Made by a program: the position numbers and the translations under genes. 64,000 nucleotides of DNA from Eledone cirrhosa (lineage: Eukaryota): positions 75,702,001 to 75,766,000 of the forward strand of contig OZ024747.1 in NCBI GenBank assembly GCA_964016885.1, read 5' to 3'. The notes under the pieces are model-generated. The model did not search any database and was not told where the DNA came from. It saw nothing but the letters and a program-made list of their open reading frames with translations. Positions 53,932-64,000 of this stretch are shown in pieces (positions within the stretch are counted from its first letter, which is position 1; each line of letters opens with the position of its first letter).

Positions 53932-55793
53932 TTAACTGTATACTTTGTGAAAAGTTCTATGGAATTTATGCAGGCAGATAGAAAACAAATCTGTGCGTCT
54001 ATTTATTATAGAATCTAGGTTAGAGATAATGGTAAATTTTTCATTTAGGCAGAGATTACAGATTTTAGATAGAGAGCTGTTCAAGTATGAGGATGCAGAA
54101 GAAATCTTCTTCCAAAAGATGGTATATTTAATGTTTTTGTCTTTTAAGGACCATATGAGTTCTGAGAGAGCAGTGTTAGTTCTTTTAAGTTTGTATTTGA
54201 AAGATGAATGATGATTATAGAGACGAGCTTTAAAAGAGGTGGAAGTGGAGCCAAAATAGGTGAAGGAATTGGTGCTAGTTATAATTTTACATTCATAAAT
54301 TAAGTTTTTATCGAGACAATGGTTGTTGAGAGGACATTTATTTTTAATGCGGCAGTTGCAATTAGAGAGATTATTAATGAGTGATCTAGTGTTATCTATA
54401 GAAGGAATTGGATTGGAGAAGTTGTTTGCGATAGGAATAATAGGAATAATAGTTTCTTGATTTAGAGTTGGATTATGAACATTTAGCGAAGTTGTGTTTG
54501 ACGTTGTATTTGGGTTTACAGAAGTTAGCCTAGGGTTTACAATGACGTCGGGAGTACTATTACTGTTATTATGAAATTCAATATTGGAAGGAAGAGATTT
54601 AGTATTTAGTATTTTATTGTTGTGTTTAGAGATGATGTTGGAAATATTGGAGGATGTAGAATACGAAAATTTGATGGTGTGTTTGTTAAATATTTTACTA
54701 TAGATATGTGAGGGAGGGAAGCATTTATTTAAGGCACTAAAAAATAATTTAGGAATATTGTTATTAATAGAGATGGAGAAAGGAGCATTATACCAGATTA
54801 TGTTTTTGTATCTAGGTCTTTTATTAAAATTATTGGAATGGTCATGATTAATTATTCTACTGTAAGTTTTTCTAGAATTTGTTTCTTTACTATATTTGAT
54901 TTTATCTGGATAGCCGGCTTTAGAAAGTGCGTTATTATAGTAATTGGCGTTAGCATCAAAGATGTTTTTATTAGAAGATATGTTAGATATTCTATTTCCA
55001 ATATTATTAACTATAGCATTCTTGATATTGGTAGGATGGTTAGATTTAAAGTTAACATAATTAAGGTTCTCATTGTTTTTATGGTAAGGGTAATATAGGC
55101 CAGTGTCAAGATTAAGAGATACATCCAAGAAATTAGCTAGTTTGATACTATTATCAAATTCAATTTTTAGGTTATGTTGGTTAAAGAGATTACGTATATT
55201 GTTCTTAATAATATTAAGGTTAACTATATTGCAATTTAGGATAGTAAAGAGTCCATCGTCACGATAAATTCCACCGCGAAGTTGAGGAATTTTCCGACTC
55301 AAAGAGTTCAAAATGAAGATACCAATTAAATCAGTCAATTGGGATGAATCGGATGCTCCCATTGTGATGTCGAAGTTGTTAGAGGTATCGGCTCTGGTCC
55401 AATATTCGTTGTTGAACTCTAGGATGGTTTTACGTGCGGTGAGGATGATGTGAAGTTCATCTGTGGTGATGTCAGAATATTTAAGTGCGAAAGATAGAGC
55501 ATTATTGAGAAGTGAAGGCGAAATGGAGGAATAGTAGCTGGCAATATCAAATTGAATACATTTTAGTTTGTTTTTATTATCCAATTTGTTGAACCAGCCA
55601 ATCACTTCAGAAGTACCAAACCATAAATTTAGGTTCAAAGAAGAGCAATTAGAACTAACCTGTGGGATAATTCTATCCAAGATGGCTTTACTAACAACCC
55701 CCAGATCAGATTTAGAGGGCGCGATTAATCTAACAGGTAGTTCAATGCGAAAATTGTTTTTGTGATCCTTGAGATTGATCCTCGGAGTTCTTG
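53932..55793 (-). pseudogene. N-terminally truncated RT-GIY-YIG frame of the inverted PLE arm
   Basis: The ORF-track 628 aa frame starts with antisense-pLTR residues (MGDREKEIA) fused at RTPRINLKD. It lacks the first ~180 aa, including the DKT motif. Confidence 0.85.
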
Positions 55794-55974
55794 CTATCTC
55801 TTTCTCTCTATCTCCCATCTCTCCCTCTCATCTCCTCCCCCTTTTCATCCTCCCCCCCCTCTCTAAATAAAATATTTTTCCCAATATCACACATCAATCT
55901 AAAACCACTTTTCATATGTTGATTTAAAACTGCACTATCCACAAGTGTTTTTTAGCCTTCATATCATGTTCTCC

Positions 55975-56045
55975 TGTTTTATCTGATGAAAACACAAATA
56001 TTATTGCATGATAATGTTTGTTTTTGAAATGCGCATAATAAAATA
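55975..56045 (+). ncRNA. Minimal type I hammerhead ribozyme in the upstream pLTR
   Basis: Stem I TGTTTTAT/ATAAAATA; CTGATGA at 55983-55989; stem II AAACA../..TGTTT; GAAAT-GCGC-ATA with palindromic stem III ATGCGCAT. Predicted cut after 56037. Confidence 0.9.
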
Positions 56046-56249
56046 CATGGAACTCCTTTAACCATCTTTTGATCTTATATTATGCATACTCCAGTCCTAC
56101 AAACTGTAGAGTGCTTCTTATCCGATATCTGCATTGCTTTATTGTACTACAATAAAACTCACCTCCTACATTAACTTGCTCCTTAACGGTTGAGCGCTTA
56201 CTCTCATATTGGATACCTTTTGATGGTCCTTCACCTCTTCTTCTACAAC

Positions 56250-58652
56250 ATGGATTATTACAACATAACCAATTCAACTAAAGACATTCCTATACCTGGT
56301 AAATCTGAATTCACCAAACTTCTTATTGAAAAAACTGACTCCTTCGTAAGAAGACTTAGATGGACAGCCTATTTCTATGACCAGCGCCTAAAAGGGAACT
56401 TTCATACCAAAGAACACAACTTCCTCGATCATCTTTTTAGTTCTAGACGAAATCCTCCTTCCAACAAAAATCTAGTACAATTCGAGGAAGAATTAACTAA
56501 AATAATAAAAAATCTTAAATTCAAGAGATACCCTTACAAAGGACAAGAGCACCTTGTAAATCTCAAGAACACAATCTCTAACCTAAATTCCTCAAAAAAT
56601 GTTTTAGTCCACTCTGACAAAACCAATAACCTATATGGTATTTCCAAGGATAATTATAACAACCTTATCCTAAAGGAACTTAGGAAAAAGTATCGTAAAA
56701 CCAACCATGAAAATTTAGAATGCATAAACCTTGAAGCCTATGAGATTATGTCAAAACTTGGCTTTGAAAAAAAGACCGAACCATTCCTCCCAAGAACTCC
56801 GAGGATCAATCTCAAGGATCACAAAAACAATTTTCGCATTGAACTACCTGTTAGATTAATCGCGCCCTCTAAATCTGATCTGGGGGTTGTTAGTAAAGCC
56901 ATCTTGGATAGAATTATCCCACAGGTTAGTTCTAATTGCTCTTCTTTGAACCTAAATTTATGGTTTGGTACTTCTGAAGTGATTGGCTGGTTCAACAAAT
57001 TGGATAATAAAAACAAACTAAAATGTATTCAATTTGATATTGCCAGCTACTATTCCTCCATTTCGCCTTCACTTCTCAATAATGCTCTATCTTTCGCACT
57101 TAAATATTCTGACATCACCACAGATGAACTTCACATCATCCTCACCGCACGTAAAACCATCCTAGAGTTCAACAACGAATATTGGACCAGAGCCGATACC
57201 TCTAACAACTTCGACATCACAATGGGAGCATCCGATTCATCCCAATTGACTGATTTAATTGGTATCTTCATTTTGAACTCTTTGAGTCGGAAAATTCCTC
57301 AACTTCGCGGTGGAATTTATCGTGACGATGGACTCTTTACTATCCTAAATTGCAATATAGTTAACCTTAATATTATTAAGAACAATATACGTAATCTCTT
57401 TAACAAACATAACCTAAAAATTGAATTTGATAATAGTATCAAACTAGCTAATTTCTTGGATGTATCTCTTAATCTTGACACTGGCCTATATTACCCTTAC
57501 CATAAAAACAATGAGAACCTTAATTATGTTAACTTTAAATCTAACCATCCTACCAATATCAAGAATGCTATAGTTAATAATATTGGAAATAGAATATCTA
57601 ACATATCTTCTAATAAAAACATCTTTGATGCTAACGCCAATTACTATAATAACGCACTTTCTAAAGCCGGCTATCCAGATAAAATCAAATATAGTAAAGA
57701 AACAAATTCTAGAAAAACTTACAGTAGAATAATTAATCATGACCATTCCAATAATTTTAATAAAAGACCTAGATACAAAAACATAATCTGGTATAATGCT
57801 CCTTTCTCCATCTCTATTAATAACAATATTCCTAAATTATTTTTTAGTGCCTTAAATAAATGCTTCCCTCCCTCACATATCTATAGTAAAATATTTAACA
57901 AACACACCATCAAATTTTCGTATTCTACATCCTCCAATATTTCCAACATCATCTCTAAACACAACAATAAAATACTAAATACTAAATCTCTTCCTTCCAA
58001 TATTGAATTTCATAATAACAGTAATAGTACTCCCGACGTCATTGTAAACCCTAGGCTAACTTCTGTAAACCCAAATACAACGTCAAACACAACTTCGCTA
58101 AATGTTCATAATCCAACTCTAAATCAAGAAACTATTATTCCTATTATTCCTATCGCAAACAACTTCTCCAATCCAATTCCTTCTATAGATAACACTAGAT
58201 CACTCATTAATAATCTCTCTAATTGCAACTGCCGCATTAAAAATAAATGTCCTCTCAACAACCATTGTCTCGATAAAAACTTAATTTATGAATGTAAAAT
58301 TATAACTAGCACCAATTCCTTCACCTATTTTGGCTCCACTTCCACCTCTTTTAAAGCTCGTCTCTATAATCATCATTCATCTTTCAAATACAAACTTAAA
58401 AGAACTAACACTGCTCTCTCAGAACTCATATGGTCCTTAAAAGACAAAAACATTAAATATACCATCTTTTGGAAGAAGATTTCTTCTGCATCCTCATACT
58501 TGAACAGCTCTCTATCTAAAATCTGTAATCTCTGCCTAAATGAAAAATTTACCATTATCTCTAACCTAGATTCTATAATAAATAGACGCACAGATTTGTT
58601 TTCTATCTGCCTGCATAAATTCCATAGAACTTTTCACAAAGTATACAGTTAA
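56250..58652 (+). CDS. Penelope-like element (Naiad-type) polyprotein: reverse transcriptase + GIY-YIG endonuclease, ~800 aa, uninterrupted
   Basis: N-terminal KDIPIP..RRLRWTAYF and DKT motif (HSDKTNNLY). RT motifs QFDIASYYSSI, FDITMGASD and GIYRDDG. CxCx5Cx5C linker (CNCRIKNKCPLNNHC). GIY-YIG as LIYECK..TYFGST..FKARLYNH, with C-terminal CNLC..E..CLH. ATG at 56250 (in-frame alternative at 56223), TAA at 58650-58652. Confidence 0.95.
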   Translation: MDYYNITNSTKDIPIPGKSEFTKLLIEKTDSFVRRLRWTAYFYDQRLKGNFHTKEHNFLDHLFSSRRNPPSNKNLVQFEEELTKIIKNLKFKRYPYKGQEHLVNLKNTISNLNSSKNVLVHSDKTNNLYGISKDNYNNLILKELRKKYRKTNHENLECINLEAYEIMSKLGFEKKTEPFLPRTPRINLKDHKNNFRIELPVRLIAPSKSDLGVVSKAILDRIIPQVSSNCSSLNLNLWFGTSEVIGWFNKLDNKNKLKCIQFDIASYYSSISPSLLNNALSFALKYSDITTDELHIILTARKTILEFNNEYWTRADTSNNFDITMGASDSSQLTDLIGIFILNSLSRKIPQLRGGIYRDDGLFTILNCNIVNLNIIKNNIRNLFNKHNLKIEFDNSIKLANFLDVSLNLDTGLYYPYHKNNENLNYVNFKSNHPTNIKNAIVNNIGNRISNISSNKNIFDANANYYNNALSKAGYPDKIKYSKETNSRKTYSRIINHDHSNNFNKRPRYKNIIWYNAPFSISINNNIPKLFFSALNKCFPPSHIYSKIFNKHTIKFSYSTSSNISNIISKHNNKILNTKSLPSNIEFHNNSNSTPDVIVNPRLTSVNPNTTSNTTSLNVHNPTLNQETIIPIIPIANNFSNPIPSIDNTRSLINNLSNCNCRIKNKCPLNNHCLDKNLIYECKIITSTNSFTYFGSTSTSFKARLYNHHSSFKYKLKRTNTALSELIWSLKDKNIKYTIFWKKISSASSYLNSSLSKICNLCLNEKFTIISNLDSIINRRTDLFSICLHKFHRTFHKVYS

Positions 58653-59666
58653 TATTCAATTCTTTATCAATTTAGAATCTTTTCTCAAAGGCACATATAC
58701 ATACACCTCTTTAAAATATACCCATCTTCCTACCATACTTTAAAGGGCTTTATACACTCTATAATACTTGTTTACTCATTACCCTCATTCTATCTTCACC
58801 TTGTAAAATCATTCATAACATATACATCTGTTTTTTTTGACGTTAGAATATTCATCCGCAATCATTATTTTTTTCTCTCTCTCATAAATCTTTTTAATCT
58901 CAATTTCATCCTTAATTTATTCTTTTTTTCTCCCCATCAACGAACTCATTCTTAATACATATTAACTCTATTCGCATATATTATCAATTCCTCCAATATA
59001 CAAACTTTAACTTCACATTATTTTTCTCAAATCCTTCTACACACAAACCTTAATAATTTTTCTCTTCGTTAATTTTGAAATTGCCACAACATACCCTTTT
59101 TTGACGTTAGAATATTCATCCACAATTATTATTTCTTCTCTCTATCTTCATACATAAATTCCCTTCGTTAATTTTCAAATTCCTTTAATTTATACATTAT
59201 CTTCCAACGGTTTCTCAACCTCTCTGTGTAAGGCAATGTATCTTTCTCTCAGTTATAAAAACTATCTCTTTCTCTCTATCGCCCATCTCTCCCTCTCCAC
59301 CTTCACTCTCATCTCCTCCCCCTTTTTTTCATCCTCCCCCCCCCTCCCTAAATAAAACACTTTTTCCTCGCACATATCCTCCTTTCGTTGATTTTCAAAA
59401 TTTTTTTTGGGGTTTATACACTATCTTCCAACGGTTTTCAACCTCTCTGTGTGGGACAGTATATCTCCTCTCAGTTATAAAAGCTATCTCTTTCTCTCTA
59501 TCACCCATCTCTCCCTCTCATCTCCTCCCCTTTTTCATCCTCCCCCCCCCCTCTCTAAATAAAATATTTTTCCCAATATCACACATCAATCTAAAACCAC
59601 TTTTCATATGTTGATTTAAAACTGCACTATCCACAAGTGTTTTTTAGCCTTCATATCATGTTCTCC

Positions 59667-59737
59667 TGTTTTATCTGATGAAAACACAAATATTATTGCA
59701 TGATGATGTTTGTTTTTGAAATGCGCATAATAAAATA
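59667..59737 (+). ncRNA. Hammerhead ribozyme in the downstream pLTR
   Basis: Same structure; CTGATGA at 59675-59681, GAAAT at 59718-59722, predicted cut after 59729. Confidence 0.9.
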
Positions 59738-59859
59738 CATGGAACTCCTTTAACCATCTTTTGATCTTATATTATGCATACTCCATTCCTACAAACTGTA
59801 GAGTGCTTCTTATCCGATATCTGCATTGCTTTATTGTACTACAATAAAACTCACCTCCT

Positions 59860-59915
<56 letters not shown>

Positions 59916-60876
59916 ATATATATATTTATATATATGGCAAAAAGAAAGTGAAAATGCGATTGAAGTCTTTTGGTTAATTTACAACAATTCCTAACTTTGT
60001 CTTTGCAGAAAAATGGCTCAACAAATAGCAATCTGAGCCACATTATTTGCATAAAACTAATAGAAATTGCCAACATGAGTTAGATGCGAGTTACAAGTCG
60101 GTATAGCCACACATCTCTCTATATCCATGTTAAAATATATTCATGCTAGATTATAACCATGCTAGATTATAACCATGCTATAATATATTTAAATTACAAT
60201 ATATCTATGTTACAATATATATATGTTATAGTATAATCTTGTTACAATATATTTATGTTACAATGTATATATATATGTTATAGTATATCCCTGTTACAAT
60301 ATATATATGTTACAATATATATTTGTTACAGTATATCCCTGTTACAATAAATTTATGTTATAATATATACATGTTACACTATATCGATGTTACAATATAT
60401 ATACTCTTTTACCTGTTTCAGCCATCCGGCTGAGGCCATGCTGGGGCACCGATATATATTAGAAAGTGAGGTTTTTTTTACAAAATGAAAAATAACCGAG
60501 GTGTCCTACACAAGTTAAAGTATAAAGAAAAAAAAAAGATTTTTTTATACAGGATTATAGTGCCGGACTATAATCCTGTATAAATAAGACACGCGTGCAT
60601 ACCACACGTGAGACTGTTTCATACACTGACTACTCTAAACTTTCCTCTTGCTTTATCTTCATAAACTGCCAATGTTTTATTTTTATTTTTATTTTAATTT
60701 TAATTTTAATTTTAACTTTAATTTTGTCCTTCAATATGACTGTAACCTTTGTATGTAAATTGCCATGCTATATTATTATGATGGATGTCAACCCACTGTG
60801 GGTCAATATATACATATGTTTTTATATGTCTCTTGTGTTGAAAAGGAGGTCAAGTATGTAAAAAATCACTAAATAG

Positions 60877-60925
60877 TTGCTCCGAAGAATCAAAACCTCG
60901 GTTTGGAGGAAACAATTGTAAGCAA
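60877..60925 (+). ncRNA. HHR with a core substitution (CCGAAGA) in a pLTR-like fragment (~60585-61130)
   Basis: TTGCT-CCGAAGA-stem II-GAAAC-AATT-GTA-AGCAA. Its tail (61005-61130) recurs at 52681-52778. Confidence 0.7.
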
Positions 60926-61157
60926 ATAAATGATTTAAACTGAACTTTGATTCATGTAATTTCTATATAACTGCTCTGTAAAACAACTGATGTTATTACA
61001 TTGAGCTATTTACCTTACTGGTAATAAGATAGTAATGAATTACTGTCTTTCACTATTTAGAGTTTAAAATATATATAACTATAAAAGGTTTTATTATATA
61101 CATAACCATAAATAGTATCCTTAATACTATATATATATATATATATATATATTTATG

Positions 61158-61206
<49 letters not shown>

Positions 61207-61733
61207 ACACTATATACATATAACAATATAGCTATATTACAATATATAATTGCTACAGTATATCCCTGTCACAATATATATATATATATATATTACAATA
61301 TATTTATGTTACACTATATCTCTGTTACAACAACATATTCATTATATTCCATTAATATGGTTTCTAGTAAATAATAAATATATTGAAACGTTAAAATATT
61401 CGTTGCCATTGTGTTGTCACGTTTCTTTGATTGATTAGTTGTGTGTGCGCTCTGTTAGCTCACAAGCTATAGAAGCTAAGATGTCCAAATCTATTATCAA
61501 TGATAACTAAGAAAAATAGTTTTTATTTCTACTTCTCGAAATACTGCGGTTTCTTTATTTTAGAAAATTATTTAGCTTTTACATGACCTAGCTAGAGACC
61601 AAGTTGTCATAACTTGGGTGAGCAACCGGTTATCCAGTTATACAAAGATGAAATTTGGTTTCACGAAAATCGAGATAGGATGCAAATGTATTCCCACGCA
61701 TTACGAGATCACTTTCAGATACTTGTATAATGA

Positions 61734-61800
<67 letters not shown>

Positions 61801-61803
<3 letters not shown>

Positions 61804-62206
61804 GAAGTTATATTTAATTTGCTGGGATACAACAAGCAAATATTTTTATAACTGATATAAAGCACTCAACAAATTATTGGAGTAAAAATACGATATATTA
61901 ACAAATGGAAACTATATTATAAAACCATATTTATTTCATTATACATATTTCAAGGAAACCAAGTGTCCAAGTGGAGTGCTTTCATCAGATAAAGTATATA
62001 TAAACTATATATAAAATATATATATAAACTATCCGGGAGCTTCCAACAGAAATGGTCGCATTCTTTAAGGGTATGTCAATATTTATTTATAAAACTGATC
62101 TATATTATATTTTATCTGATGAAAGCACACCATAATCTAACTTGGTGTCCTTGAAATATGTATAATGAAATAAATATGGTTTTATAAATATAGTTTCCAT
62201 TTGTTA

Positions 62207-62210
<4 letters not shown>
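61801..62210. mobile_element. Family B head-to-head element with two HHRs (minus 61932-61993, plus 62108-62172)
   Basis: Long minus arm with tail, short plus arm starting ATCCGGGAGCTTCC; (TA)n on both sides. Confidence 0.85.
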
Positions 62211-62273
<63 letters not shown>

Positions 62274-62427
62274 ATATGTGTGTGTGCGTGTGGGGGTGGA
62301 GTAGATAACGTTTTGTTTATGTATATCAAGAATGAATGCTTAAACAAGATAACTGCTTACCAGAGAATTTGGCTCGACGGAATCATTTGACTCGTATAAC
62401 ATAATTATCCAAGCAGGGGAATACTAG

Positions 62428-62534
<107 letters not shown>

Positions 62535-62537
62535 ATG

Positions 62538-62568
<31 letters not shown>

Positions 62569-62571
62569 ATG

Positions 62572-62613
<42 letters not shown>

Positions 62614-62621
62614 TATGTATG

Positions 62622-62758
<137 letters not shown>

Positions 62759-62759
62759 A

Positions 62760-62799
<40 letters not shown>

Positions 62800-62817
62800 T
62801 ATATGTGTGTGTGTGTA

Positions 62818-62972
62818 TTTATGTAACAAACAACATAAGACAATTATTCCATTTACCAAGGGTTTCACGAAGACAGACTAGCTCAACACAGACGTCTGAA
62901 ATCGCTTATAGCTCTGTAGAATACATAGAGCACTCTCCTTTCCTTTACCCTTCCTACGGAAATACTTCATAT
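62818..62972. mobile_element. Family D-related fragment (short inverted arm plus tail)
   Basis: Matches 12998-13046 and 13193-13255 (TACATAGAGCACTCT..TACTTCAT). Confidence 0.65.
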
Positions 62973-63020
62973 ATATAAACGATCGGAGGCCATATTCAGT
63001 TAATTCAGGTTTATTTAAAA

Positions 63021-63080
63021 CTCCGTTATACATATTTCACTGAGGACTATCAGATGTGATAGCCTGTGCTCTTCAGACCA
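63021..63080 (-). ncRNA. HHR core with decayed stem I
   Basis: GT-CTGAAGA-..GGCTATCA CATC TGATAGTC..-GAAAT-ATGT-ATA-AC on the minus strand. Confidence 0.6.
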
Positions 63081-63221
63081 CAAAACCTAAAATAAACTTT
63101 GAAAGTTCCTAAGAAAAGCTGGAAAAATCCAATAATTTCCCCGAGAAAGATTTTCTTTTCATGTAACAGAGGCCGACCGAACGCGTAGTGGTGTTACTTC
63201 GACGGCCGGTCCCTGAATACA

Positions 63222-63319
<98 letters not shown>

Positions 63320-63383
63320 CAATTTTATATTTATATGAATAAAAATAACCAGGATTAAATTACAATAAATGTTTTAATAGACT

Positions 63384-63443
63384 GACCGACGTTTTGATCG
63401 AAACAGGAATATTTATATCTGCTCTACTGATCTTTTCAGAATC
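63384..63443 (-). ncRNA. Degenerate HHR remnant
   Basis: GATT-CTGAAAA-GATC...GATC-AAAAC-GTC-GGTC; two core G>A changes. Confidence 0.4.
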
Positions 63444-64000
63444 TACTAAACAAGATAAATAAGATAAATATTTATAAAACACATGTCGAAATATTTCAAG
63501 TCTCTTTGTGTCTTTCAAAATAAAAACTTATTCACTGAGGAGGTCATAGGATATATGACGAAAGAGCTTTGACAATATATAAACATCATTCCGCTTCTCA
63601 AACCAACCAACCAACCAACCAACCAACCAACCATCTAACCGGAAATTTACAATACATTGAAGTGAAACCCAACAGGTGCATGTGTTTTATTGGCAGCATG
63701 ACCCTACCAAAGCATAACAATATATATATAACAATATATATATTGTTTTATGTGTGAGTATGTACAGCACATTCACAGAGTTCAGTTCCATTTCATGGCA
63801 ACTTAAGCAAGTGTGGACTAAAATAGCCTAGTGCTGGACTAACGATTTGTGAATGAAATTAAATTATATTTTCAAGTTAAATTGTACAAGTTTTCCAATG
63901 TACACATACTAGAATATTGTCATTCTGTTACTCTGCAACGACGTCACACCATAGTCATTTGATAATATATTCATATTATGATGACAATGATTCTATTGAT

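Larger units (their letters stand above)
52798..55793 (-). mobile_element. Inverted, 5'-truncated copy of the same PLE (equivalent to 56791-59775)
   Basis: Near-perfect reverse complement of the forward copy. The translated ORF differs by one residue (FNQH vs FNKH). It ends in (TA)n about 87 nt short of the forward 3' end. Confidence 0.93.
55793..59862 (+). mobile_element. Full-length Naiad-type PLE: 5'-truncated upstream pLTR (55793-56170), ORF, ~1.2 kb 3'UTR/pLTR ending at (TA)n
   Basis: 55793-56170 is directly repeated at 59483-59862 (period about 3692 bp). The 3' end CACCTCCTACA abuts a (TA)n tract. Confidence 0.93.

Noticed and set aside
53993-58591. Small ORFs antisense to the PLE ORF (72, 86 and 65 aa, each twice)
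   Set aside because: Shadow ORFs duplicated by the inverted repeat.
58200-59862. Selenocysteine/SECIS as reported for some Naiads
   Set aside because: No in-frame TGA; the ORF is open through the whole GIY-YIG domain to TAA.
60544-60584. 41-bp palindrome TTTATACAGGATTATAGT..ACTATAATCCTGTATAAA
   Set aside because: Probably the inverted 5' junction of the adjacent pLTR-like fragment; not a terminator in this context and no independent evidence of function.

Overview
AT-rich animal genomic DNA packed with microsatellites. It is very likely an octopus (coleoid cephalopod); this is inferred from the SINE families and the (TA)n/(CA)n density. Only two coding features are well supported. One is the terminal exon of an ankyrin-repeat gene (26465-27618, +). 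The other is an intact, young Penelope-like retroelement of the Naiad type (RT + GIY-YIG, ~800 aa, 56250-58652), joined head-to-head to a ~3 kb inverted, 5'-truncated copy of itself and inserted in (TA)n. Almost all other ORF-track entries are microsatellite artefacts. The main hidden structure is at least 10 distinct families of short (100-850 bp) non-coding insertions, most of them in (TA)n tracts. They carry minimal type I hammerhead ribozyme (HHR) cores, and most are fold-back palindromes with one long arm (full 3' tail) and one short arm. This is the same architecture as the full Naiad insertion, and several families share a 3'-terminal motif with it. The pattern suggests a (TA)n-targeted Naiad/HHR mobilisation system with non-autonomous passengers. 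Also present: about 20 tRNA-derived Meta-core SINEs (several with TSDs), CORE-SINE, CRE-like and R4-like LINE remnants, a mariner-type MITE, minisatellites, and a repeated E2F/E-box/CCAAT motif block. All RNA structures were folded by eye and no database search was run.
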